A stretch of DNA of 64,000 nt from the NCBI GenBank assembly GCA_045636225.1, contig JAZTXB010000047.1, positions 4,742 through 68,741 of the forward strand. The letters are read 5' to 3'. Below the pieces are notes generated by a model. It saw only the letters and a list, made by a program, of their open reading frames with translations. It made no database searches and was not told the DNA's origin. The stretch comes from Bacilli bacterium. GTDB lineage: Bacteria > Bacillota_I > Bacilli_A > RF39 > UBA660. Of the stretch, positions 1 to 10,161 are shown in pieces. Position 1 is the first letter of the stretch. Every line of letters starts with the position of its first letter. The position numbers were made by a program, and so were the translations under genes.

Positions 1-396
1 TTATTCACCATCAATTAAATACTTAGCAAGTGGAATATCTGCCTTAGCTAAATCATAATCTAATAATTTTTCTATTTCTACCCATTTATATTCTGAGTGA
101 TCATGCAGTTTAAATTCTCCATTTAAATAAACGCATTCATATAATCTTAAGTCAACTTTTTTTGAAGGATACTCACATATATTATTGACAATAAACTTTT
201 TAGCTACAATATTCATTTCAAATTCTTCTTTTATTTCTCTTTCAATAGCCTCTTCTTCCGTCTCATCTTTTTCTACTTTCCCCCCAGGAAACTCCCATTT
301 ACCAAATACATTTTCATCTCCAGTAGATCTTTTAGCTATTAAAACTTTATTATTCCTTTTTATAAGTGCAGCTACTACTGTAATCACATAAATCAC
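1..396 (-). CDS. NUDIX hydrolase, MutT-like (131 aa)
   Basis: Complete ORF with its stop codon at 1-3. GKWEFPGGKVEKDETEEEAIEREIKEEFEM is a good Nudix box (GX5EX7REUXEEXGU) of the MutT type. Confidence 0.85.
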   Translation of the reverse strand: MIYVITVVAALIKRNNKVLIAKRSTGDENVFGKWEFPGGKVEKDETEEEAIEREIKEEFEMNIVAKKFIVNNICEYPSKKVDLRLYECVYLNGEFKLHDHSEYKWVEIEKLLDYDLAKADIPLAKYLIDGE

Positions 397-978
397 CTAT
401 TTCCTTAATACCTTTTGTTTATATAAAACTTCTTCTATATGAACTTGATGATAATTTGGATCATACTGCTTTAACTGATTATACATATTCATAAATGATA
501 TATTAAAAGGTTCATGTCTACTTCCACTATTTCTAAATCTGATAGAATATGTTATTCCAATACCATCACATTCTTTTTTACTTTTTACAAATGTTACTTT
601 AAATATTTCATCTTCCTTTTCAATTATTAACTTACTAGCAATCTCATCATAAAAGTCATCAGAAAGCCACTGTATTTTTCCATTTTTATATAACTTATTT
701 ATTTTTTCTTCAAAATAATCATTTTCTCCATTACCATAATATATTTTATTACTTTTTATACTTTCATATAAATTATCAAATAATACATATATATAATAAT
801 TTTCTTTAGTTATTATTACTTCTTGTCTTTCTGGAGAATCTAACATACTTTCTTTATTAATAAATCTCCAATACAAATCCAAATTATTTTGAAATGATAT
901 TTCAAAACTACCACTATCTGTTACTATTGTAAACACATCATATCCATGCCCATTTTGTTTTTTTTCTACCTCTTGCAC
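397..978 (-). CDS. hypothetical protein (193 aa)
   Basis: Uninterrupted ORF abutting the NUDIX gene with no gap. No motif recognised. Confidence 0.5.
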   Translation of the reverse strand: MQEVEKKQNGHGYDVFTIVTDSGSFEISFQNNLDLYWRFINKESMLDSPERQEVIITKENYYIYVLFDNLYESIKSNKIYYGNGENDYFEEKINKLYKNGKIQWLSDDFYDEIASKLIIEKEDEIFKVTFVKSKKECDGIGITYSIRFRNSGSRHEPFNISFMNMYNQLKQYDPNYHQVHIEEVLYKQKVLRK

Positions 979-987
979 AACTTACAC

Positions 988-1872
988 CTACTTTCGCTTT
1001 ATTAAATTTTTTTTCTTTAGTTCTTTTGCTTTCTCTAATTCTTCTTGTACATTATTTTCAAAAAGTAATTTAATTTGCGTAGAATCACTTAATTTTGATA
1101 ATGAAAGATCAACTCCTTCTAATGAACCAGCTAATTCTACATTTGATAAATTACAGCCTAACAAACGTTTTCCTTTAACAGATTGAGGAAATATTACAAT
1201 ATGCCCTTTACAATTAGAAAAATCTGTTTTATAAAGTATACAATCATTAAAGCAAGGTTTTTTAAAGCTGAAATTATTTGTATTTTGAATAGGATTCCCT
1301 ATTAATTCAACACCATCAAAATCAACATAACTTAAATCTTTATTTTTTACTCTTTGCGGATTTACTCTTATTATTCCTTTGGCACCTTTAAACTTTATCA
1401 TACAGATATTACAATCATCAAAACTACCATCAATAGTTATTCCATCTAAGTCAGTAAAATATAAATCTTTATCTTTCACTTTTTGCGGGTCTAAAACTAA
1501 ATTCCCTATATAGCCTTTAAATTTAGTTTTTTTAATATAAGCTTCGTATAGACTACCAGTTACTTTTACACCTTCTAAATAAGTATCACTTAAATCTTTA
1601 TTTGGTATTTCATCTATATTTATTTCCACATTTTTAAGCCCATTAAAATAATGGTCTTTTATATGAACATCTTTAAACGATACTCCTTTCATATCACAAC
1701 CATTTGCTCTTAGTATATAATAAAAATCATCATTTATTGATTTTGTACCGTCTTCATTTTCTATAAATAAATATTTTTGTATAAATTCACTATTAAACTC
1801 TATTTTTCCTTCTGATTCAGTATATTTTTTTATTAACGATTTTATAAATTCTAAAAGTTTTTCCTTTTCCAT
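988..1872 (-). CDS. pentapeptide-repeat-like protein (approx 294 aa)
   Basis: Start moved to the ATG at 1872-1870 (MEKEKLLEF), which has a GGAGGG RBS just upstream. The body has repeated short units (DLSDTYLEGVKVTG, DLYFTDLDGITIDG, DLSYVDFDGVELIG, CNLSNVELAGSLEGVDLS) resembling pentapeptide-repeat beta-helices. Confidence 0.5.
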   Translation of the reverse strand: MEKEKLLEFIKSLIKKYTESEGKIEFNSEFIQKYLFIENEDGTKSINDDFYYILRANGCDMKGVSFKDVHIKDHYFNGLKNVEINIDEIPNKDLSDTYLEGVKVTGSLYEAYIKKTKFKGYIGNLVLDPQKVKDKDLYFTDLDGITIDGSFDDCNICMIKFKGAKGIIRVNPQRVKNKDLSYVDFDGVELIGNPIQNTNNFSFKKPCFNDCILYKTDFSNCKGHIVIFPQSVKGKRLLGCNLSNVELAGSLEGVDLSLSKLSDSTQIKLLFENNVQEELEKAKELKKKNLIKRK

Positions 1873-1928
1873 AAACCCTCCAATTAATGTATATAGTATA
1901 TCATATTTTAATACAAAAAAAGAATATT

Positions 1929-3164
1929 TTATACTCTTCTTTTTAATTTCTTTAAATACAATAATAATAAACCTATCATTATTATTAATAAAGTAATTAT
2001 ACATTTTATAAATGCTTTATTTTTAGTTATTTTAACATTACCAGAATAAACTTCTTTTATAGAACTTTTAACAACATTATACATTTCATCTTTTACTACT
2101 GTATATCCCGATTTTAAATAACTACTTGGATCAGTAGAATAATCACCACCACTTATAAAACCACTATGAATGTCTTTAAATGAATTTGAAAATGAAAATA
2201 CATTCTTACCTCCACCGCTTTTAAAATTTCCGCCTGATATACTCATAGAATAAATCAAACTATTACTGCCTTTTCCTATGTATTCATATATTACATTACT
2301 ATTCTTACTTATAAAAGTTCCATCACTTATATCTATTTCTATATCACCTGCATATCCATTATTAGATTCAATCTGAATAGTTGTTCCTGATGATTTTATT
2401 CCGTTATTATACCCCTCTGTTGGAGTAGCATTCTCTCCATTACATACAATAGTCCCACCATTTATATTTAGTTTTCCAGCTTTTATTCCAATAGCTGATT
2501 CTACACCTTCTATATAAGCTTTACCTATATAAAATGTAGAACTCCCTGCAATATATAATCCATTGCCAGTTGATTTTATTTCAGCACCATCCATTATGTT
2601 AATTACAGGAGATGCATTCTTATCCTTAATATTTCCATTAACATAAATGCCAGTCCCCGCACCACCACTAATATCATCAACTGCATTTATTTTTCCTTCT
2701 AAATAAGCAAAAACACCATAAGACTTAGAAGAATCATGACTAATAAAAATACCAGACCAACCTTCTAATATTACGTCTTTCCCAATCTTAACTGAACTAT
2801 ATTTTTCATCTGTATATTGGCTACTTCCTATTAACATTATTGCTCCATAATTAGGACTCGTTTCTTTTATCATGCCTTTACCACTAATATCTAAAAATCC
2901 ATCTTTAACTACAAATACTTTTTCTCTAGCAGTAATATCATTACCATTTAAATCAATATTAACTACTTTATCAATCGTTAAAGAATTATCTAACTCAACA
3001 TCTGATACAAGTCTTATTGTATCATCCTCTTTAACATTTAATATAGCCTCTTCCAAACTATCATAATAACTATTACCTATTCTAGCTGCAATTGTAGTAC
3101 TTGCATTTACTAAAATCGGTAAAAAAGAAAAAACCAATAAAATACTTAATATAATTTTTTTCAT
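1929..3164 (-). CDS. secreted beta-helix-like surface protein with C-terminal TM anchor
   Basis: Start set at MKKIILSILLVFSFLPILVNA (ATG 3164-3162, AGGAG RBS), which is a signal peptide. The body is Gly/Asn/Ile-rich and repetitive, typical of right-handed beta-helix adhesin-like proteins. The C-terminal hydrophobic helix IITLLIIMIGLLLLYL is followed by KKLKRR. Confidence 0.6.
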   Translation of the reverse strand: MKKIILSILLVFSFLPILVNASTTIAARIGNSYYDSLEEAILNVKEDDTIRLVSDVELDNSLTIDKVVNIDLNGNDITAREKVFVVKDGFLDISGKGMIKETSPNYGAIMLIGSSQYTDEKYSSVKIGKDVILEGWSGIFISHDSSKSYGVFAYLEGKINAVDDISGGAGTGIYVNGNIKDKNASPVINIMDGAEIKSTGNGLYIAGSSTFYIGKAYIEGVESAIGIKAGKLNINGGTIVCNGENATPTEGYNNGIKSSGTTIQIESNNGYAGDIEIDISDGTFISKNSNVIYEYIGKGSNSLIYSMSISGGNFKSGGGKNVFSFSNSFKDIHSGFISGGDYSTDPSSYLKSGYTVVKDEMYNVVKSSIKEVYSGNVKITKNKAFIKCIITLLIIMIGLLLLYLKKLKRRV

Positions 3165-3206
3165 TATATATCTCCTTTTATACATTGTATTCATTTATAA
3201 CAAAAA

Positions 3207-3224
3207 AAGAGTAAAAATACTCTT
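3207..3224 (-). terminator. rho-independent terminator after the scaffold gene
   Basis: On the minus strand, AGAGTA-TTTT-TACTCT is followed by TTTTTTTG, directly after the stop at 3226-3228. Confidence 0.6.
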
Positions 3225-3225
3225 T

Positions 3226-5073
3226 TTATAAATCATCATTAACATTTTTTTGATCTATAATAAAATTTAAAGAATTAGAAGCTGATGAAGTTTCTTCATT
3301 GTTTATGTTATTCTCTACCATAGGTTCAAATATCCCTGTTTGAGCTTCTGAAATTTGTTCTGGATTCATATCTATAATTTCACTTTTTTGTTCTAATCCA
3401 TTATTCTCTACTATAGGTTCAAACATATCTACCTGAACTTCTTCATTTGATTCTTCTATATTATTTTCTTCTTTTTTTATAAAATTTTTATTATTTTTTT
3501 TAATTAATTTAGATATAAATATTCCAACTATTAATCCAATAATAAATGATATTATACTTACTATCACTATCCAAAAAGTAATACCAAACTTTTCTTTAGT
3601 AATTATAAATTTATATTCTTTTTCTATGCCACTTTCACTAATTGAAAACAACGAAACAATGCTTCCAGTTTTTAAATCTTTATTATTCTTTATTATATAA
3701 CTAGCTTTTTCATCTTCTAGTTCCACATTAAATAATAATTCATTTTCATTTTTACCTATTTTTATTTTATATTCAAATACATCACTAGAAAAATTTAATT
3801 TATGATTAACTATATTAAGTTTAGATATTTTATTGTTATCAGACATTTTTTCTTCTTCACTTAATCTTTTTACATTTATTTTATAATTTTTTACCTGTCC
3901 ATTTTCACTTACTACCTCTATTGTAATAGTATTATCTCCAACTACTAATTCTGGATTACTTACTTTAACAATAGCTTTCTCATCTTCTACTAATGCATTT
4001 ACATCTATTTTAGTTACATCATAATTTACAGAAATATTATATTCAAAAGTATCTTTATCAAAAACAATTTTTCCATCACTTAAAGATAAAGACTTTAAAT
4101 AATTATTTGTACTTCTATTATCTTTTCTATTAACATTAATTGTATATGTTCTAACAGATTCATTTTCCGCTTTTACTTTTATTAAAATTGCATTATTACC
4201 ATAATTTAAATTAACTACTCTTGGTCCATAACCATCAACAAAACTAGCCTTACCATTTTCCAAAGAAGCATTTACTTTAATCGAACTTATATTAGATTCA
4301 ACCTCTGCTGAATAATTTATTGCATTTTTATCTAATGAAATATTATTACTATCTAATGATAAACTTTTTAAATAATTATTTGTACTTCTTTTATCTGGTC
4401 GTGTAATTTTTATTGTATAAGTTTTTGTATTTCCAGATTCACTAGTTACAGCTATATTAAAAACATTATCACCATAATTTAAATTATGCGTACCCGCACC
4501 CATAACTTTTTGATAACTATCCCCTTTAATTGCATTAATAGTAATACTTGGTTCCTCTACCGTTACACTATAACTAGTAATATCTGCTGAAAATGAAGGA
4601 GATAATGTTCCAGTTGAAAGAGTTAAATCCTTTAACGAATTGTTTGTTGAATTTAATCTAATATTTATTGCATTACTAGTAGCCCCTGCACCATATGAAT
4701 TTTTATTAACATCACTAGCATCCAAATCACTAAGTTGAATAGAACCCGATTTTGTTACTTTAAGCGTAATTGTTCCTACTGTAAATGTACCACTTTTCCC
4801 ATCAAGATTACCTATTGCAAATCCAGAAGCGGACTTACTATATACTTGAAAGCCATTTTGAGCTTCAAAATCTATATATGTAAGATCTTTTAGAATATAA
4901 TGACTTGCTAAACCATTTACAAGAACATCACTTGTTACATTAACATTACACTTTATTTCAGAATTCTCATTTGCCGTTACTGGACAACTTAATGATACCG
5001 AAACACTAGCAGCCTTAGCAAAAATTGGCATCATCATAAATGATAAAATTATAAATAATATATTTTTTTTCAT
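3226..5073 (-). CDS. membrane-anchored scaffold protein: signal peptide, cohesin-like N-domain, four cadherin-like beta-sandwich repeats, TM helix, acidic cytoplasmic tail
   Basis: - Signal peptide: MKKNILFIILSFMMMPIFAKA.
- An approximately 130 aa N-domain has cohesin-like beta-strand patterning.
- Four tandem approximately 90 aa repeats begin (N)NYLKSLSL / LKDLTLSTGTLSPSFSADITSYSV and end YTI(K/N)V.R. This is the cadherin-like beta-sandwich signature.
- TM helix: FWIVIVSIISFIIGLIVGIFI.
- The start ATG overlaps the upstream stop (ATGA at 5070-5073), with a GGAGG RBS. Confidence 0.65.
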   Translation of the reverse strand: MKKNILFIILSFMMMPIFAKAASVSVSLSCPVTANENSEIKCNVNVTSDVLVNGLASHYILKDLTYIDFEAQNGFQVYSKSASGFAIGNLDGKSGTFTVGTITLKVTKSGSIQLSDLDASDVNKNSYGAGATSNAINIRLNSTNNSLKDLTLSTGTLSPSFSADITSYSVTVEEPSITINAIKGDSYQKVMGAGTHNLNYGDNVFNIAVTSESGNTKTYTIKITRPDKRSTNNYLKSLSLDSNNISLDKNAINYSAEVESNISSIKVNASLENGKASFVDGYGPRVVNLNYGNNAILIKVKAENESVRTYTINVNRKDNRSTNNYLKSLSLSDGKIVFDKDTFEYNISVNYDVTKIDVNALVEDEKAIVKVSNPELVVGDNTITIEVVSENGQVKNYKINVKRLSEEEKMSDNNKISKLNIVNHKLNFSSDVFEYKIKIGKNENELLFNVELEDEKASYIIKNNKDLKTGSIVSLFSISESGIEKEYKFIITKEKFGITFWIVIVSIISFIIGLIVGIFISKLIKKNNKNFIKKEENNIEESNEEVQVDMFEPIVENNGLEQKSEIIDMNPEQISEAQTGIFEPMVENNINNEETSSASNSLNFIIDQKNVNDDL

Positions 5074-8000
5074 AAAGAACCTCCTTCTACAATATATGTG
5101 CTAATAGTCATTACATCATTCATTCTTATCAATCCATCCCCTGTTACATCTGATGATATTTTATAATAAGATTCAGATAAGCCTACTCCATCTACTATAT
5201 ATTCACTAATAGTCATTACATCATTCATCTTAGCAAACCCATCTCCTGTTACATCACCTGAAACTATTATTGTATATCTATCTACCTTTAATCCTGTGTA
5301 AACATATCCCTCATATGATACAGAACCATCAGTTACATATGTATCAATTATTCCATCTACATTTGATATAAAAGTATTTATAGATGTACTAGGTTGAACA
5401 TAAATTTGCAAATTATCTTGATCTATAGTATATATACTACTTGTTATAACTTTTTGTTCCTCTTCAGGTGCCTCAGGCTCTTCTGGAACTTCAGGCTCCT
5501 CAGGTTCTTCTTGTAAGTTTTCATTTTGTGCTTGTTCATTTATCCATTTTACAAAACCAGCAGCAATTTCTGCTTCTTCTTCATCGGTAGGTACTATCTC
5601 TATTTCATTTTGCGTAATTGTAGCCCAACCTCTTCCTATGTTTGTAAAATGATTAACAACGCCTTCAAAATTTACCAAATTTGTATTAAAATCATCCGAA
5701 ATATCATTCATTACATCAATAAATGACAAAAATCTATTTTTATAAGATTTTGAAGAACTACCAGTATAGAATTCATTAAATATTTCAAATAAATTTAAAT
5801 CAGTATTATCTTTAATATTATAATAAAGTAGCCATGCATCTATATCTGCATATACATCTTCCATATTAAAGGAACCTGTTCCCATTAACCTGTAAGTAGC
5901 TTCTAAATAATTACCATATTCTTCTTTAACTCCAACCTTTAAAATACTTCCTTTCATAAGAGTGTGTAAATCTCCAGCCCAGCTAACAACGCTATCATAC
6001 TCTAATTCTTGATAGGCCAAAGAAAATGGAAATTTTGTTGTGTGAAAAAGTCCAGAAATTGATGCTGCCATATGTTTTAAATCTATCTTGTGACCATTAA
6101 TTGTATAATCATTTTTGATTTCAAAATAAGGTTTTAAATTTGTAGCATTTTCTTCAACATATTTAACAAAATTAGCATCAACTCCTGTTACAATATTATA
6201 CTGATTCGTTGTATCGCTAAGATTTGTTCCATATTTGAATTGTCTAATATAGAAAAATACTAACCAATCACTATTACTACTTAAATTTTTTTCTTTAACA
6301 TATTGTTCTGCAAGTAATTCTAATCTATGTAAGTTTTTAAATAATTCAACATTATCTCTAGAATACCTTAAAACTTCATCATATAACCTATCGCTGCCAT
6401 AATCGTTTTTAATATTTTTATTTTCATCATAAATAACAATTGAAACTTGATTTGATGAGTTTATTCTTACTTCGCCACTACCACTAATACTAGAATCCAT
6501 TGTCATATTAGGCTCTTGTGTTTCATTTCCAAATTTATCAACTTTATTTATTACTCCATCTTTAAACTCAAAATAAACTTCATCAGTAATAGTATTATTT
6601 TCTATATATATTTTTGCACTACTTTTAAGTTCTTCATATAACGATAATATATTATCATCATATTCACTATTTATGTCATTATCAGTAAATGCTTTAATCG
6701 ACGCTATTAATGAACCACCTTGTTCATTTGATAAATCTTCCCATGATACGCCATTTAAGGATGTAAAACTTTTATCACCATCAATTGAAACATATTCGTA
6801 AAATTTATCATCTTTAGAAGATATCGCAAGTGGTGTTGTAACAGAATCCATATCGTAATATACCGCTATTGAAAATTGCGTTACATCCTCCTCAAGAAGT
6901 ATAGGAGTATCTAAAATATGAGTAACGTATCCTGCATGTTCTAAATTGCCACTACCTATTAATTGCATATTAGAAACAGAACTATTTTTGCCATTCCCAT
7001 TCATATAATAAATACTATATGAACCAGTTCCTGCACTTCCAATTGTAACTTCTTTTAATTTTTCTTTCTTTTCTTCTTTTGTAAATACATTCATTGCATA
7101 TGCTGAAGTATACTCAACATCACCATATTTATAGCCATAAAAAATATTAAAACCTAAAGTATCATAAATATATGAATTATCTTCTACTTTTTTATCAGCT
7201 TTTTTTATTGCCATATAAATATCACAAACATGAATATCTTCATACGAAATATAATAATATCCATTATCCCCAAAACTACTTCCATAAGAATTTTGTACTA
7301 TCCAAGCACCATTTGAATTTGGTTTATTAGAACTTGAAAAATTATTTTTAGAATAGTTATCATTCCATCCAACAATCAAAACAGCATGATTAGAATTTTC
7401 AGCCCCATTATAATAAAATGCATTCGTATTACTATTATAATAGTTTGATTCATTAGTCATATATGTAGATATTGCAACAGAACCATACTTATAAATGTAT
7501 TCTTTTATATTATTAATCTCAGAAGTTGTACATGTTTTTCCATCTTCATCATCATATTCTAAAACAATATCATTAACATCTAACTGAATAGTTTTATTTT
7601 GAATTTCACTAATGTTTAATGTATTCTCATTATTTTCAAAAATCATATTACTCTCTAAAACAGGACCCTGAGAATTAATAAAATAATTAGACGCCATAAA
7701 AAAATTTCCACCATTGCTTGGTACCTTGTTATAACCATATACATTAATCTCATTATTTAAAAACTCTCTAGTAGTTGAATATACCATATGTCTAGTAGAA
7801 AAAACAGAATTAAAATTTAAAATTTTACTAACATAATATTCAAGTAATGTTGTTGTAGAAAATGCCCAGCACCCATTAGTATCATTTTGATTTTTTACCG
7901 TTGACGCATAATTTTGCTCTCTTGCATCATAAGATGAAGGTAATTCTGCCTCACCTAATCCTTTTGAAAACAAATTATTCTTTGTCTTAATTTTTTTTAC

Positions 8001-8216
8001 ATTACTAACTTTACACATAGGCGGCATAATCGTTTTTTGTTTCTCATCTTCAGTTAACTTCTCCCATTCAAGATACGATTCACTTAACTCGCATTTTGTT
8101 AGTTCTATCTTATCTCCCATTTGTGGAATTTCAAGTGCTAATGTGCTATGAGTACCAAAAACAATACAAGTACATAAACAAATACATATAAAAACTAAAT
8201 TCTTTATTTTTAACAT
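5070..8216 (-). CDS. secreted papain-family (C1) cysteine peptidase with large unknown middle region and C-terminal type-I-like dockerin (1048 aa)
   Basis: - A signal peptide is present.
- The C1 catalytic motifs are NGCWAFS (Cys), NHAVLIVGWND (His) and WIVQNSYGSSFGDNGYYYISY (Asn/Trp).
- A Pro/Glu linker, EEPEEPEVPEEPEAPEEE, follows.
- The C-terminus has a duplicated Ca-binding loop plus helix: DVTGDGFAKMNDVMTISEYIV and DVTGDGLIRMNDVMTISTYIV. This is a dockerin. Confidence 0.8.
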   Translation of the reverse strand: MLKIKNLVFICICLCTCIVFGTHSTLALEIPQMGDKIELTKCELSESYLEWEKLTEDEKQKTIMPPMCKVSNVKKIKTKNNLFSKGLGEAELPSSYDAREQNYASTVKNQNDTNGCWAFSTTTLLEYYVSKILNFNSVFSTRHMVYSTTREFLNNEINVYGYNKVPSNGGNFFMASNYFINSQGPVLESNMIFENNENTLNISEIQNKTIQLDVNDIVLEYDDEDGKTCTTSEINNIKEYIYKYGSVAISTYMTNESNYYNSNTNAFYYNGAENSNHAVLIVGWNDNYSKNNFSSSNKPNSNGAWIVQNSYGSSFGDNGYYYISYEDIHVCDIYMAIKKADKKVEDNSYIYDTLGFNIFYGYKYGDVEYTSAYAMNVFTKEEKKEKLKEVTIGSAGTGSYSIYYMNGNGKNSSVSNMQLIGSGNLEHAGYVTHILDTPILLEEDVTQFSIAVYYDMDSVTTPLAISSKDDKFYEYVSIDGDKSFTSLNGVSWEDLSNEQGGSLIASIKAFTDNDINSEYDDNILSLYEELKSSAKIYIENNTITDEVYFEFKDGVINKVDKFGNETQEPNMTMDSSISGSGEVRINSSNQVSIVIYDENKNIKNDYGSDRLYDEVLRYSRDNVELFKNLHRLELLAEQYVKEKNLSSNSDWLVFFYIRQFKYGTNLSDTTNQYNIVTGVDANFVKYVEENATNLKPYFEIKNDYTINGHKIDLKHMAASISGLFHTTKFPFSLAYQELEYDSVVSWAGDLHTLMKGSILKVGVKEEYGNYLEATYRLMGTGSFNMEDVYADIDAWLLYYNIKDNTDLNLFEIFNEFYTGSSSKSYKNRFLSFIDVMNDISDDFNTNLVNFEGVVNHFTNIGRGWATITQNEIEIVPTDEEEAEIAAGFVKWINEQAQNENLQEEPEEPEVPEEPEAPEEEQKVITSSIYTIDQDNLQIYVQPSTSINTFISNVDGIIDTYVTDGSVSYEGYVYTGLKVDRYTIIVSGDVTGDGFAKMNDVMTISEYIVDGVGLSESYYKISSDVTGDGLIRMNDVMTISTYIVEGGSL

Positions 8217-8300
8217 ACCGCATACTTCCTTACTCTATCAGTAATTATATTATATCTTATTTTTCTTTTTTTTGATAGATAATTTTACAATTTTTTAAAA

Positions 8301-8323
8301 CTTAAAAAAGTCTATAAGACTTT
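8301..8323 (-). terminator. probable terminator downstream of the NUDIX gene
   Basis: On the minus strand, hairpin AAAGTCT-TAT-AGACTTT runs into a T tract. Confidence 0.45.
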
Positions 8324-8369
8324 AATTCTAAAATATGTAACAAAAAAAATACATGTAATTGCATTGTTC

Positions 8370-8915
8370 TTATAAATAAAGTGAATCAAACAATTCAAAC
8401 AAAATCTCAAACTCTTCTGTATGCATCAATAAATCTGGCTGTTTATTTTCTACCATTTTTTTAAATTCTTTATAAGGAACAAAAAATATTTCTGATATTT
8501 CACTTTCTTGATAAGTCATATCATTAATAGTTTTATCAGTTTTTAAAATATACATATCAGCAAATTCATTATTAATAAAATTCTTTGCATTTATTGAACT
8601 TTTTTTGAATGTTTTAATAAACTTTAATTCTTCTTCCTTTACATCTAAGTTTAATTCTTCTTTTAACTCTCTTATTGCACCAGTTAATGAATCATCTCCG
8701 GCAGTTAAATGACCTGCACTAGAAATATCTAACATATTAGGATGGCAATCTTTATTAGCGCATCTTCTTTGAAGAAGTATGTCGCCATTATTATTTATAA
8801 TCCAAATATGAACACCTCTATGCCAATCTCCATCTCTATGTACTTCATTTCTTAATTTTATTTTTCCAGTTTTATTTCCATTTTCATCTAACACATCAAA
8901 ATATTCTTTAGTCAT
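8370..8915 (-). CDS. NUDIX hydrolase (181 aa)
   Basis: Near-canonical Nudix box GHLTAGDDSLTGAIRELKEELNL. The WHRGVHIWI...LLQRR context resembles the IDI/YfcD-like Nudix subgroup. Confidence 0.8.
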   Translation of the reverse strand: MTKEYFDVLDENGNKTGKIKLRNEVHRDGDWHRGVHIWIINNNGDILLQRRCANKDCHPNMLDISSAGHLTAGDDSLTGAIRELKEELNLDVKEEELKFIKTFKKSSINAKNFINNEFADMYILKTDKTINDMTYQESEISEIFFVPYKEFKKMVENKQPDLLMHTEEFEILFELFDSLYL

Positions 8916-8929
8916 AAAAAACCATCTCT

Positions 8930-9463
8930 CTATATTTCATATATTTTTACTTCACAATTATCAAGTCCTAAAACCTGTAAATTACCATCATTAGGAATAC
9001 CATTAAAATAACAATTTATAACTTTAGTAACACCACTATGAGTTACTAATAAAATAGTTTTATCTTTATATTTTTCTTTAATTTCATCTAGAAAACTATA
9101 AACTCTATTAAATAAGTGCTGCATCGTCTCAGCTTTCTCATATATAGTTTTATCATGATAATTCCAGTATAAATCCCTATCTAAACTATCAAACCCTAAT
9201 CCAGTAAATTCACCACAATCTCTTTCAATAATTCTTTCATCATAGATTACTGGATTATTATTAATATTTATTATTTCCATAGTATGTTTAGTTCTAGTAA
9301 GCGGTGAACATATTATTAAATCAAAATTAATATTTTTTAGATTATCTCTTGTAATTTTTGCTTGATCTATTCCTTTTTCATTTAAATCAATATCCCTTAT
9401 TCCATCCATTATTTTGTATACATTACCATCAGTTTGTCCATGTCTTGTTATATATAATTTCAT
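8930..9463 (-). CDS. histidine phosphatase family protein (phosphoglycerate-mutase-like)
   Basis: N-terminal LYITRHGQTDGN (RHG motif) and a distal LLVTHSGV histidine. Confidence 0.85.
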   Translation of the reverse strand: MKLYITRHGQTDGNVYKIMDGIRDIDLNEKGIDQAKITRDNLKNINFDLIICSPLTRTKHTMEIININNNPVIYDERIIERDCGEFTGLGFDSLDRDLYWNYHDKTIYEKAETMQHLFNRVYSFLDEIKEKYKDKTILLVTHSGVTKVINCYFNGIPNDGNLQVLGLDNCEVKIYEI

Positions 9464-9478
9464 AAAATACTATCCCTT

Positions 9479-10159
9479 CTAATTATTTATATTTTTTATC
9501 CCCACTTCTGGTATCATAACGCCACTTGGTGTATCTATAATAAATTTAATTAATCTAGCTACTTCTTTTGTATCTAATCCATTATCCATATTTTTAGTTA
9601 TATTCATTTTATTAAACATATCAGTTTTCATCATTCCTGGCATTACATTAGTAACTCTTATTCCATATTTTGCTACTTCATCTTGTAAAGATTTAGAAAA
9701 ACCAGTTACACCCCACTTAGATGCATTATAAACTGTTCTTTCTGCTTTATGATTAATTCCAGCTTGTGAATTAATATTAATTATTAATCCATCTTTATTT
9801 TCTTTCATAGATGGTATTACTGATTTTGATGCATTTATTGTCCCAAGTAAATTTACTCCTATTACATCTTGTATTCTATCATAATCATTTGTATCTAATT
9901 CATCTTGAATCCATAAACCAGCATTATTTATTAATACATCTATTTTATTATAATCATTTACAATTTCATTTATAGTTTTTTCAACTTTAACATAATCACT
10001 TACATCACATACTTTATAAGAACAATTATTATTGGTTGATACAACATTTAATTTTTCTTCATTTGTGGCAAGAATAATAACATTATTTTCCCTTGATAAA
10101 AATTCAGTTAATGTTTTTCCTAAGCCATCGCTACCACCTGTAATCACTATTGTTTTCAT
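9479..10159 (-). CDS. short-chain dehydrogenase/reductase (SDR)
   Basis: Motifs ITGGSDGLG (TGxxxGxG), NNAG and YNASK (YxxxK). Confidence 0.9.
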   Translation of the reverse strand: MKTIVITGGSDGLGKTLTEFLSRENNVIILATNEEKLNVVSTNNNCSYKVCDVSDYVKVEKTINEIVNDYNKIDVLINNAGLWIQDELDTNDYDRIQDVIGVNLLGTINASKSVIPSMKENKDGLIININSQAGINHKAERTVYNASKWGVTGFSKSLQDEVAKYGIRVTNVMPGMMKTDMFNKMNITKNMDNGLDTKEVARLIKFIIDTPSGVMIPEVGIKNINN

Positions 10160-10161
10160 TT

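Noticed and set aside
1873-2004. N-terminal 44 codons of the 338 aa ORF (988-2004), which overlap the 3' end of the upstream gene
   Set aside because: The internal ATG at 1872 has a strong GGAGGG RBS. The extension reads as hydrophobic nonsense and would overlap the neighbouring CDS by 76 nt.
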